Source: Mycobacteriales bacterium
GTDB lineage: Bacteria > Actinomycetota > Actinomycetes > Mycobacteriales > SCTD01
NCBI GenBank assembly: GCA_038235705.1
Contig: JBBSTR010000003.1
Coordinates: 10,650 to 74,649, forward strand
Length of the DNA stretch: 64,000 nt
Reading direction: 5' to 3'
The translations under genes were made by a program, and so were the position numbers. This document shows, piece after piece, positions 27,901 through 36,010 of this stretch. The notes under the pieces are model-generated. The model worked only from the letters and a program-made list of their open reading frames with translations. It did no database searches and was not told the DNA's origin. The first letter of the stretch is position 1; the number at the start of each line of letters is the position of its first letter.

Positions 27901-28192
27901 GCTCGGCGTGTATCAGCTAGCCGTTCAGCTGGGAGCCTTCGTCGACCAGCAGCTGGAGGAGACCGGCGGAGCGTCCCTGCTGCAGCTGAAGCAGACCAGG
28001 AAGGCGATGGAGCAGACGCAGGTCGCCCTCACCGAGGACGTCGACCCGACCTGGGCACGCGCCACGGTCGAGCGGGTGGTCGCCGGGATGCGGGGCTCGT
28101 CGTTCCCACCGGTCGTGAACCAGCACTGCAAGACCTGTCCGGTGCAGGTGTGCTGCCCGCTGTGGCCCCGCGGGGAAGGACTTCTCGGGTGA
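24950..28192 (+). CDS. adnA: Helicase-nuclease subunit AdnA (UvrD-like motor plus RecB-type nuclease with Fe-S Cys cluster)
   Basis: Walker A AGPGTGKTT, VDEYQDTD, nuclease motif VVDLKTG, and Cys ligands FDTC...CKTCPVQVCC. Start is GTG 24950 or TTG 24938. Confidence 0.85.
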   Translation: MTTSRLVRPRPDGRGAPLLDAGQRRVVDHPGGPLLVLAGPGTGKTTTLVETVVERVRRGLAPEQVLLLTFSRGAAHQLRERVTARLGRTTRGPIAMTIHAYAWALLRREQAGPPVRLLTGAEQDLEIGRLLRGELEDGAHRWPADLRPALGLTGFRAELRDLLLRAQERGLGGADLASLGRRLDLPAWVAAGGFLDDYEARFDLDPQHEVIDQAGLVVAAAALLEQDGPLRERERAAYGVVLVDEYQDTDPAQVRLLQALAGDGRDLVAVGDPDQSIYGFRGADVRGILEFHEHFPPGPGGGSPTTVELRTSRRAGTALLAASRAVAGRLPAGGLGRAFRDLVPDPASVPGDGSVEVLLTSSTTAEAAVVADVLRRAHLVDGLAWSEMAVLLRSTPRSSAGLRRGLLAAGVPVSVPVEEMPLAEEPVVTALLGLLSLALDPGSATEQDVLALITGPLVGADALAVRRLRRALREVSSTSPDVPDGAQGVSVSPKEVSGDPPVGARAPGPAVGTDVERLLLAAVADPAAAPGARARPALAPLLRLAGLLQAARAVDGTAEQVLWAVWQRSGLADRWEQESLAGGPRGARADRAIDAVVALFEAAERFVDRLPHLSALQLVADVRAQQVPGDGGSSRTPQNGTVRLLTAHAAKGLEWRLVVVAGVQEGVWPDLRLRGSLLATERLDEALEGSLQGAWSPGGVDRRAGLLVEERRLFYVAVTRARERLVVTAVDGGEGDDDRPSRFLAELGVDLPSVTSAVSRPLTATGILSELRRVAADHEDGALREAACRRIARLAAGRDAPVHPAAHPDAWWGVTGLSDDAPLVAPGELVTVSPSAVESFDTCSLRWFLQSAVGIARDSGPAQVVGSVVHALCELASGPDALDTTQVTARLDDVWPRLDLGAPWTARRRRQEGLSYFAKFIAWAAANPRELVGTELALSVPLGDDVELRGRVDRLERDAQGRAVVVDLKTGSKPKDEEVARHAQLGVYQLAVQLGAFVDQQLEETGGASLLQLKQTRKAMEQTQVALTEDVDPTWARATVERVVAGMRGSSFPPVVNQHCKTCPVQVCCPLWPRGEGLLG

Positions 28193-31100
28193 CTTCCGAA
28201 CCGGCTCACGGTCCGCACGCCCACCTGCGGCCCTTCGGTCCGGACGACCTCGAGCGGGTGCTCCATCGGCGGCTGAGCCCCCAGCAGGCAGCCGTCGTGC
28301 GCGCCCCCCTCGCCCCGGCCGTGGTCGTCGCCGGTGCCGGCAGCGGCAAGACCGCCACCATGGTCGCCCGCGTGGTCGACCTGGTCGCGCAGGGCGCTGT
28401 GCCGGCCGACCGCATCCTCGGTCTGACGTTCACCAGCAAGGCGGCAGACGAGCTGGCCGGCCGGGTGCGCGTCGCCCTGCGGTCCCTGGCCGCCGTCGGT
28501 CGGCTCCCGGACCCCGACGTCGAGCCGACCGTGTCGACCTACCACGCCTACGCCGGGCGGCTGGTCCGAGACCACGCCCTGAGGGTGGGCCGCGAGCCGA
28601 CCGCGAGGCTGATCACGCCGGCGACGAGCTGGCAGCTCGCCGCCCAGGTGGTCGGCGGCTACGACGGGCCGATGGACGCTCTCGACCTGGCCGAGACGAC
28701 CGTCGTGCGGCACGTCCTGTCGCTGGCCGGAGAGCTGTCCGAGCACCTGGTCACGACCGACGCCGTGCGTGCGGAGGGCGACCGGCTGCGCCAGGCGCTC
28801 GCCGACGCGACCTCCCCGCGGCAGCCCTCGCGCGACGCGGTCCGCTGTCAGCAGGCACGCGAGCAGCTGCTGCCGATGGTCGAGGCTTACGGGCGGGCCA
28901 AGCGCGCGCGCGACCTGCTCGACTTCGGTGACGTCGTGGCGCTGGCCGCACAGCTCGCCCGGGACCGTCCCGAGGTCCGTGAGGCAGAGCGCTCCTCGTA
29001 CGGGCTGGTGCTGCTCGACGAGTACCAGGACACCGGCACGGCGCAGGAGGTGCTCCTGGCGGCCCTGTTCGGGGCGCGATCGGGCGATCACCCTACCGAG
29101 GGGCCGGTGACGCACGCGGTCATGGCGGTCGGGGACCCGTGCCAGAGCATCTACGGCTGGCGGGGCGCCAGCGCGGGCACGCTGAGGCGCTTCGGGAAAC
29201 GCTTCGGGGGCACCGGGGGGGCTCTGCGGCTGGGTCTGTCCACCACCTACCGCAACGGTGGCCGCATCCTGCTGCTGGCCAACGCGCTGTCCGAGCCGTT
29301 GCGGCGCGAGGGGCTGCCGGTGGCCGAGCTGACGGCGGTCCACGGGCGGGAGTCGGCCGGCGAGGTGGTCTGCGCGCTGCTCGAGGACGTGCAGGCGGAG
29401 GCCGACTGGATCGCCCTGCAGGTCCAGGCGGCGGTCGAGTCGTTGGACGAGCCCGAGGCCGGACAGCCCCGGTGGGCCAGGGCCGCGGTGCTCTGCCGCA
29501 AGCGGTCGATGTTCCCGCCGCTGCGCCAGGCGTTCGAGGCGCTCGGGGTGCCGGTGGAGGTGGTCGGGCTCGGCGGGTTGCTGGACGTGCCCGAGGTGGC
29601 CGACCTGCTGGCGACCCTGCGGGTGCTGGACGACCCGGACGCCGACCCGTCGCTGCTGCGGCTGCTCGCCGGACCGCGCTGGCGGCTCGGCCCCCGGGAC
29701 CTGGCTGCGCTCGGCTCGTGGGCCCGGTCGCTGGTTCGGCGCGGCGCTCGTGAGGGTGACCCGCTCGAGGCGGTCGTGGAGGGGGTGCAGCCCGACGGCG
29801 GGACCTCGCTCGTCGACGCGCTCGACGCGTTCGAGCCCGACCGGGTGTCTGGCTTCTCCGTCGAGGGTGCTCGCCGGCTCTCGCGACTGGCCGTCGAGCT
29901 ACGGGGGCTGCGTCGTCGCCTCGACCAGCCGCTGCCCGACCTGGTGGCCGACGTCGAGCGCACCCTCGGGCTCGACATCGAGGTCGTCACCCGGCCCGGG
30001 ACCACGGACCCGGCGGCGGCGCGGGCGGACCTCGACGCCTTCGCCGACGCGGCTGCGACCTTCTCGGGGGACGCGGCGCAGGACGGGAGCGCCTCGGCGG
30101 TGCTGACCGCGTTCCTGGCGTTCCTCGCGGCGGCCGAGGACGAGGAGCACGGCCTGGACACCGGTGCGGTCAGCGGCGCCGACACCGTGAAGCTGATGAC
30201 CGTCCATGCCGCCAAGGGCCTGGAGTGGCCGGTCGTCGCGGTGCCGGGGCTGGCCGGTGGCGCGCGCTCCAAGGTCTTCCCGAGCGCGCCCAGAAACGTC
30301 TCCTGGCTCAAAACCCCGGCGATGCTGCCGTTCCCGTTGCGGGGAGACGCCGACGACTTGCCACGGCTGACCGGCTTGGAGGCCGAGGACGTGGCGGCCT
30401 TCGCGGAGGCCCTGTCCCAGCGGCACGCGCTCGAAGAGCGGCGCCTGGCGTACGTGGCCGTCACCCGCGCCGAGCGGACCTTGCTCTGCAGCGGCTACCA
30501 CTGGGGGACGGGCGTCCAGCCGCTCGGACCGTCCTCGTTCCTCGACCAGGCACGTGCGGCGTGCGAGCAGGGAGCCGGCCGGGTGGACACCTGGAGCGAC
30601 TGCCCGCTGTCCAACCCGCTTGCTGACGAGGTCCGCACCGCGGCCTGGCCCGAGCCGGAGCCGCCCGCCTCGTCCGGGACGCGGTCGGCAGCCGACCGGG
30701 TCCGGCAGCTGCTCGCGGAGCCTTCGACCTGGGGCCCCGATCCGGAGCTTGCCGAGGAGGCCGTGGCCAGCGTGGCGAGGTGGGACGAGGATCTCGAACG
30801 GCTGCTGCGTGAGCAGCAGCGGCGGCGCCAGGGCCGCGACACCGCGGTGCTGCCGGGCAACCTTTCGGTGAGCGCTCTGGTCGACCTCACGCGCGACCCC
30901 GGGCAGCTGGCCCGGCGGCTGCGGCGGCCGATGCCGCGGCGCCCGTCGACGGTGGCCCGTCGGGGCACGGCCTTCCACGCGTGGCTCGAGCGTGAGGTCT
31001 TCGGCCGCCCGCAGCTGCTGGACGCCGGTGAGCTGCCGGGCTCGGCCGACGAGCAGGCGACCGACGACGGTGCGCTGGCCGCCCTGCAGCAGGCGTTCCG

Positions 31101-31467
31101 GGCCAGCCCATGGTGGGGTCGCAACCCGTATCAGGTCGAGGTGCCCTTCGAGATGGCGTTGGCCGGGTTGTCGCTCCGCGGAAGGATGGACGCGGTCTAC
31201 CGCGACGAGGACGAGGGCGGGGTGCGCGACGAGGTGGTCGACTGGAAGACCGGAGCGCTCCCGACCGGCGCCGCCGCGGAGGCCTCGGCCGTCCAGCTGG
31301 CCGCCTACCGGCTCGCCTGGAGCCGTCTCTCCGGGACACCGTTGGACCGGGTGACGGCAGCCTTCCACTACGTCGCCGTCGACCGCACCGTCCGGCCGAC
31401 GGACCTGCTCGACGCGGAGGGGCTCCGCGCGCTGGTCACGGCGTTCGACGTTCAGGAGCAGCCTTGA
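28189..31467 (+). CDS. adnB: Helicase-nuclease subunit AdnB (UvrD-like motor plus RecB-type nuclease)
   Basis: AGAGSGKTAT, LDEYQDTG, VHAAKGLEW and nuclease motif VVDWKTG. GTG 28189 overlaps the adnA stop (GTGA). Confidence 0.85.
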   Translation: MTSEPAHGPHAHLRPFGPDDLERVLHRRLSPQQAAVVRAPLAPAVVVAGAGSGKTATMVARVVDLVAQGAVPADRILGLTFTSKAADELAGRVRVALRSLAAVGRLPDPDVEPTVSTYHAYAGRLVRDHALRVGREPTARLITPATSWQLAAQVVGGYDGPMDALDLAETTVVRHVLSLAGELSEHLVTTDAVRAEGDRLRQALADATSPRQPSRDAVRCQQAREQLLPMVEAYGRAKRARDLLDFGDVVALAAQLARDRPEVREAERSSYGLVLLDEYQDTGTAQEVLLAALFGARSGDHPTEGPVTHAVMAVGDPCQSIYGWRGASAGTLRRFGKRFGGTGGALRLGLSTTYRNGGRILLLANALSEPLRREGLPVAELTAVHGRESAGEVVCALLEDVQAEADWIALQVQAAVESLDEPEAGQPRWARAAVLCRKRSMFPPLRQAFEALGVPVEVVGLGGLLDVPEVADLLATLRVLDDPDADPSLLRLLAGPRWRLGPRDLAALGSWARSLVRRGAREGDPLEAVVEGVQPDGGTSLVDALDAFEPDRVSGFSVEGARRLSRLAVELRGLRRRLDQPLPDLVADVERTLGLDIEVVTRPGTTDPAAARADLDAFADAAATFSGDAAQDGSASAVLTAFLAFLAAAEDEEHGLDTGAVSGADTVKLMTVHAAKGLEWPVVAVPGLAGGARSKVFPSAPRNVSWLKTPAMLPFPLRGDADDLPRLTGLEAEDVAAFAEALSQRHALEERRLAYVAVTRAERTLLCSGYHWGTGVQPLGPSSFLDQARAACEQGAGRVDTWSDCPLSNPLADEVRTAAWPEPEPPASSGTRSAADRVRQLLAEPSTWGPDPELAEEAVASVARWDEDLERLLREQQRRRQGRDTAVLPGNLSVSALVDLTRDPGQLARRLRRPMPRRPSTVARRGTAFHAWLEREVFGRPQLLDAGELPGSADEQATDDGALAALQQAFRASPWWGRNPYQVEVPFEMALAGLSLRGRMDAVYRDEDEGGVRDEVVDWKTGALPTGAAAEASAVQLAAYRLAWSRLSGTPLDRVTAAFHYVAVDRTVRPTDLLDAEGLRALVTAFDVQEQP

Positions 31468-31507
31468 CGGCCCGGTCCGCCGCCGTGGGGAGGCGGTCCG
31501 GTGTCGG

Positions 31508-32149
31508 TCAGTCGGGAGCGACGACGCGGACCTGCTGGTCCGCGACGGCCACCACGTCGCCGACCGTGAGCTGACGACCGCGGCGGGTCTCCTGCTCGCC
31601 GCCGACCCGGACAGTCCCACCGGCCAGCAGCGTCTTCGCCTCGGCTCCTGTCTCGGCCAGCCCGGCAAGCTTGAGCAGCTGGCCGAGGCGCAGCCCGCCC
31701 GAGTGCAGCACCACGGTGCGTTCCGGCGGATCGAGCACACCCCACCAGGCGTCGCCGTCGCGCTCCAGCCCCAACGCCTCCCAGAACGCTGAGCCCTCGG
31801 CGCCGGCGCGGACCCGGCGGGCGCCGAGCGGATGGCCGAGGTCGGCCAGCCCGTTCGCCAGCGCGGCGCCGACCCCGGCTCCGCGCACGGCCGGCAGCAC
31901 CTCCACGGCCAGCAGGTGCAGCACCTCTCCGTCCACACGACCGGCTGCGTAGCCCGAGACGCCATCAGTCGTGGTCGCCAGCACGACCAGCGCCGCCGCG
32001 AGCTGTCCCGCCGCCTCGACCGACGCTGATGCCGACGGCCTGCGCCCCTGCGCCGCTCGGACGGCGGTCCAGCAGAGCAGCGCCCGCTCGGGGTCACCGC
32101 GCACGAGCCGGTGCCCCGCGACACCAGGACCGTCCTGGTCCGCGGTCAC
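31508..32149 (-). CDS. GNAT N-acetyltransferase fused to a C-terminal S4-like RNA-binding domain (YbcJ-like)
   Basis: GNAT motif A VRGAGVGAALANGL. C-terminus LRLGQLLKLAGLAETGAEAKTLLAGGTVRVGGEQETRRGRQL is S4-like. The GTG start overlaps the upstream stop (GTGA). Confidence 0.65.
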   Translation of the reverse strand: MTADQDGPGVAGHRLVRGDPERALLCWTAVRAAQGRRPSASASVEAAGQLAAALVVLATTTDGVSGYAAGRVDGEVLHLLAVEVLPAVRGAGVGAALANGLADLGHPLGARRVRAGAEGSAFWEALGLERDGDAWWGVLDPPERTVVLHSGGLRLGQLLKLAGLAETGAEAKTLLAGGTVRVGGEQETRRGRQLTVGDVVAVADQQVRVVAPD

Positions 32150-32895
32150 AGCGTCACGACCAGCGGCCGGTGGTCCGAGACGTCCACGGAGGGGGTCTCG
32201 ACCGACACGGCAGGCCCGAGGCCGCGTGCCAGGACGTGGTCGAGCTGGAGCTTCGGGTTCGGCGCCGGGAACGTCTTCGCGCGGGCCAGCACGTCGAGGC
32301 CCGAGACCAGCCCCGCACCGACAGGCAGGTTGAGGTCACCCATGAGCAGGGTCGGCCCCGGCAGGCGGGCGAGCCAGCGGGCGATCCGACGCAGCTGCCA
32401 GGCGTTCCAGCCGGGGACGAACGACAGGTGCGTGGCGCACACGGTCAGCGGCCCGTCGGGCCCGTCGACGACCGCGGCCAGGGCCACCCGCGGCTCGTCC
32501 TTCAGCCACAGGACCCGCCGGGTGCCCGGCAGCAGGATCGGCGTGACGACGGGGGCCGCACCGAGCCGTCGTACGTGCCAGGACCGGACCGGCAGGCGGG
32601 AGACCAGCCCGACCCCGTAGCAGGCGTTGCCGCGCTCGTCGTCCACGGCGGGCCGCCACGAGCCGCCCGGGGTCCCGACGAGCGCGGGCAGGAACCGGTG
32701 GTGCGCCGCGCCCAGCCCCTCGGCGACCTCGGCGGTCAGGTCCAGGTGCCCGGACCGAGGCTGCCCGCGGTCCACCTCTTGCATGGCGAGCAGGTCGACG
32801 TCGAGCGAACCCGCCGTGTCACGGAGCCGGGCGGCCTCGACCGCACCGTCGGTGAGCGACGTCCCGTTGAGGATGTTCCAGGTGGCGACGCGCAT
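32146..32895 (-). CDS. Endonuclease/exonuclease/phosphatase (EEP) family protein
   Basis: MRVATWNILNG...LLAMQEVD is the typical EEP N-terminus. ATG 32895 shares one nt with the upstream stop. Confidence 0.8.
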   Translation of the reverse strand: MRVATWNILNGTSLTDGAVEAARLRDTAGSLDVDLLAMQEVDRGQPRSGHLDLTAEVAEGLGAAHHRFLPALVGTPGGSWRPAVDDERGNACYGVGLVSRLPVRSWHVRRLGAAPVVTPILLPGTRRVLWLKDEPRVALAAVVDGPDGPLTVCATHLSFVPGWNAWQLRRIARWLARLPGPTLLMGDLNLPVGAGLVSGLDVLARAKTFPAPNPKLQLDHVLARGLGPAVSVETPSVDVSDHRPLVVTL

Positions 32896-33362
32896 CACGG
32901 CGACGCTAGTCGCAGGTCCCAGCCGACGGCTCCGGTCAGGACGCCCCGACGCGGGTCGAGCAGCAGCGTAAGCGGGCTGACGAGCGCCTCGCCGTCGCCG
33001 GGCACGCCCCACTCACGGGCCTGGCGTTCGCCGACCGCGGCCAGCGCGGCAAGGACCCCGTCGCGCTGGCCGGCGGCGATCGCGTCCAGCCCTTTCTCGA
33101 CGGCCACCCCTGACAGGCGTGCCTCGGCGCTGAACGGTTCGCCGTCGTCGGTGACCCCGACCAGCCTTGGCCGCGGCACGGCGAGCGGGACGAGCGGCGC
33201 GAGTCGTCCGAGGACCCGCGCGCAGACCGCGATGCGCGCGGCCGCCTCGGAGCTACGCGGAAGGCGAAGCACCTCGCCACCGCCGTGCAGCACCAGCTCG
33301 TCGACCGGACCCGAGGCGACCCGGAAGGCGACGCCCGGTCGGGCGCGCAGAGCCGCGCTCAC
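32895..33362 (-). CDS. Small phosphotransferase (APH)-like protein lacking catalytic-loop residues
   Basis: GTG 33362 overlaps the upstream stop (GTGA). It is N-lobe-like (VLRLPRSSEAAARIAVCARVLGRLAP). The position expected for HGDxxxxN reads SPLTLLLD. The rest of track ORF 32895..33938 overlaps the hydrolase gene in another frame. Confidence 0.45.
   Translation of the reverse strand: MSAALRARPGVAFRVASGPVDELVLHGGGEVLRLPRSSEAAARIAVCARVLGRLAPLVPLAVPRPRLVGVTDDGEPFSAEARLSGVAVEKGLDAIAAGQRDGVLAALAAVGERQAREWGVPGDGEALVSPLTLLLDPRRGVLTGAVGWDLRLASP
32903..32908 (-). promoter_or_regulatory. -10-like TAGCGT, 7 nt upstream of ATG 32895 (possible internal promoter)
   Basis: Minus-strand GACTAGCGT-cgccgtg-ATG, inside the last codons of the upstream gene. 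Confidence 0.25.
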
Positions 33363-34231
33363 GAGGGTGTCGATCGCACCCGCTCCAGGACCGCCTCGAG
33401 CAGGGCCTCCGGGGCCTCCTCCGGCACCCAGTGGCTGACGCCAGACAGCTCCACGAAGCGGTAGTCCGCCGCGACGTGCCCGGCGGTCGCCTCCGCCTGC
33501 GTGCGCCCGAGCGCCAGGTCGCCGTCGGACCAGACGTAGGTCGTCGGCACCGTGACGGGAAGCAGGCCCTCGTTGTCGGCCCGCGAAGCGGCCCGGTAAT
33601 AGCCGAGGCACTTCGTGAGCACGCCCGGCTCGTCCATCACCGCCAGGTAGTGCTCGACGTCGGCGCTCGCCTCGGCGCCGCCGAAGAACTTCCGCAAACC
33701 TGCGTTCCCGTCGCGCTGCAGCACCTCCTCGGCCCGGCCCTCCTGACGGAACAGCAGCATGTAGGCCGAGCGCTGACGCTGGTCCTCGTCGTGGTGCAGC
33801 GCGTCGGTGAAGGCGAGCGGGTGCGGCACCGAGACGGCGGTGAGCGACCGCACGCGGTCGGGGTGACGCGACGCCAGCTGCCAGGCGATCCCTGCACCCC
33901 AGTCGTGGCCGACGACGTGCGCGCTCTGGACCCCGCACCCGTGCAGGATGCCGAGCGCGTCACCGAGCAGGTGCGCCATGTCGTACTTGTTCACGCCGTC
34001 CGGCCGGGCTCCGGGGGAGTAGCCGCGCAGGTCGGGCGCGAGCACCCGCAGGCCTGCCTCGACGAGTCCCGGGATCACCTTGCGCCAGCACCAGGAGGTC
34101 TGCGGGAAACCGTGCAGCAGCAGCACCACCGGGGCGTCCGGCGGCCCGGCGTCGAGCACGTCGAACACAAGCTCCTCCACGTGCACCTGGACGGGGGAGG
34201 CTGAGGCGGCGGGGGGTGATGATGGGGCCAT
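33359..34231 (-). CDS. Alpha/beta hydrolase, epoxide-hydrolase/haloalkane-dehalogenase-like
   Basis: HGFPQTSWCW (HGxP) and Asp-nucleophile elbow VGHDWGAG. ATG 34231 has a GGGGGAG SD located inside the divergent gene. Confidence 0.8.
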   Translation of the reverse strand: MAPSSPPAASASPVQVHVEELVFDVLDAGPPDAPVVLLLHGFPQTSWCWRKVIPGLVEAGLRVLAPDLRGYSPGARPDGVNKYDMAHLLGDALGILHGCGVQSAHVVGHDWGAGIAWQLASRHPDRVRSLTAVSVPHPLAFTDALHHDEDQRQRSAYMLLFRQEGRAEEVLQRDGNAGLRKFFGGAEASADVEHYLAVMDEPGVLTKCLGYYRAASRADNEGLLPVTVPTTYVWSDGDLALGRTQAEATAGHVAADYRFVELSGVSHWVPEEAPEALLEAVLERVRSTPS

Positions 34232-35879
34232 GACCACAGTCTCCCCCGTGCCCGTCGACACGCACGAGGTGACCAACCAGGTGCCGCCCCTGGTCGGTCA
34301 CGACGTCGCTGCCGAGCCCGCCCTGCTCGAGGCGCTGACGCGCGAGGGGGCCGGCTGGTACGCCGACGACCTGCACCGCCTCGGTCGGCTCGCCGGCAGC
34401 GAGCAGCCGCAGCGCTGGGCCTGGGAGGCCAACCGGGTCGAGCCGGTGCTGCACACGCACGACCGCTACGGCAACCGCGTCGACGAGGTCAGCTTCCACC
34501 CGTCCTGGCACGCACTGCTCGACGTCGCTGTCTCCGAAGGGTTCGCCGGCGCGCCCTGGGCCGACCCACGTCCCGGAGCGCACGTCGCGCGGGCCGCCGG
34601 CTTCTACACGTGGAGCCAGGTCGAGGCCGGGCACGGCTGCCCCGTCTCCATGACGTACGCGGTGGTGCCCGCCCTGCGCTCGCAGCCGGACCTCGCAGCG
34701 CAGTACGAGCCGCTGCTGACGACGAGGGTCTACGACCCCGGGCTGCGCACGCCGTCCGGGAAGGCGGGGCTGCTCGCCGGGATGGGGATGACGGAGAAGC
34801 AGGGCGGCAGCGACCTGCGGCTCACGACGACGACCGCGACCCCGACCGGCGACGGGACGTATGTGCTGCGCGGGCACAAGTGGTTCACCAGCGCGCCGAT
34901 GTGCGACCTGTTCCTGATGCTCGCGCAGGCGCCCGAAGGGCTGAGCTGCTTCCTCGTCCCGCGGGTGCTGCCCGACGGCACGAGGAACCCTTTCCGCATC
35001 CAGCGCTTGAAGGACAAGCTCGGCAACCGCAGCAACGCCAGCTCCGAGCCCGAGCTGGACGGCACCGTGGCCTGGCTGGTCGGCGAGCCGGGGCGCGGCG
35101 TCCGCACCATCATCGAGATGGTCGCGATGACGCGGCTGGACTGCGTGCTCGGCAGCGCCTCGGGCATGCGTGCCTCGTTCGTGCAGGCAGCCCACCACGC
35201 CCAGCACCGGGTGGCCTTCGGCGCGCGGCTCGTGGACCAGCCGCTCATGCGCGGGGTGCTCGCGGACCTGGCGGTCGAGTCGGAGGCGGCGACAACGCTC
35301 GCGCTCCGGCTCGCCGGGGCGGTCGACCGTGCGGCGCGCGGTGACGCGCAGGAGAAGGCCTTCGCGAGGCTTGCCACCGGGATCTCGAAGTACTGGGTCT
35401 GCAAGCGCCAGCCGGGCTTTGTCGCGGAGGCGCTGGAATGCCTCGGCGGCAACGGCTACGTCGAGGACTCCGGGATGCCGCGGCTCTACCGCGAGGCCCC
35501 GCTCAACGGCATCTGGGAGGGCTCGGGCAACGTCCAGGCGCTCGACGTCCTTCGCGCGCTGATGCGCGAACCTGCAGCGCTGGAGGCGTACGACGCCGAG
35601 GTCGACCGCACCCGTGGCGCCGACCCGCGCCTGGACGACGCGGTCGTAGGCCTGCGCGCAGGCCTCGCCGAGGCCGCGGGCCTGGAGGGTCGGTCGCGCC
35701 GGCTGGTGGAACGGATGGCGCTCGTGCTGCAGGGTGCGCTGCTCGTGCAGCACGCTCCGACCGCCGTCGCCGACGCCTTCTGCGCGTCCCGGCTCGCCGG
35801 CGACTGGGGGCACGCCTACGGCACCCTGCCGCGGGGCGTCGACACGGGCGCGATCCTCGCGCGCGCCCTGCCGGCCTGA
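34230..35879 (+). CDS. AidB-like acyl-CoA dehydrogenase family protein
   Basis: 549 aa. MTTVSPVPVDTHEVTNQVPPL...MTEKQGGSDL...NGYVEDSGMPRLYREAPLNGIWEGSGNV are AidB-type motifs. Confidence 0.8.
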   Translation: MTTVSPVPVDTHEVTNQVPPLVGHDVAAEPALLEALTREGAGWYADDLHRLGRLAGSEQPQRWAWEANRVEPVLHTHDRYGNRVDEVSFHPSWHALLDVAVSEGFAGAPWADPRPGAHVARAAGFYTWSQVEAGHGCPVSMTYAVVPALRSQPDLAAQYEPLLTTRVYDPGLRTPSGKAGLLAGMGMTEKQGGSDLRLTTTTATPTGDGTYVLRGHKWFTSAPMCDLFLMLAQAPEGLSCFLVPRVLPDGTRNPFRIQRLKDKLGNRSNASSEPELDGTVAWLVGEPGRGVRTIIEMVAMTRLDCVLGSASGMRASFVQAAHHAQHRVAFGARLVDQPLMRGVLADLAVESEAATTLALRLAGAVDRAARGDAQEKAFARLATGISKYWVCKRQPGFVAEALECLGGNGYVEDSGMPRLYREAPLNGIWEGSGNVQALDVLRALMREPAALEAYDAEVDRTRGADPRLDDAVVGLRAGLAEAAGLEGRSRRLVERMALVLQGALLVQHAPTAVADAFCASRLAGDWGHAYGTLPRGVDTGAILARALPA

Positions 35880-35996
35880 GGCGCCGGGTCCGCCCGGTCA
35901 GTCGCCGCCGTACGCCAGCGCCTTGGTCTGGATGTCCATGACTCTCCTTCAGGGGTGTCCCCCGGGATGGCAGACAAGATCGTCTCGCGGGGGGAC

Positions 35997-36002
35997 TAGC
36001 GT
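35997..36002 (+). promoter_or_regulatory. -10-like TAGCGT, 8 nt upstream of GTG 36011
   Basis: GACTAGCGT-gagtcggc-GTG. No SD. Confidence 0.3.
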
Positions 36003-36010
36003 GAGTCGGC

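Noticed and set aside
29899-32124. 741-aa minus-strand ORF, and similar long antisense ORFs at 26243..27895, 27925..29343, 24869..26083, 33960..35813, 38565..40493 and 55316..57833
   Set aside because: Each lies antisense to, or out of frame with, a gene carrying strong family motifs (AdnA/B, AidB-like, NudC/SARP, ThiF-like/DUF2342). None has motifs, and all have extreme Arg/Gly/Pro content.
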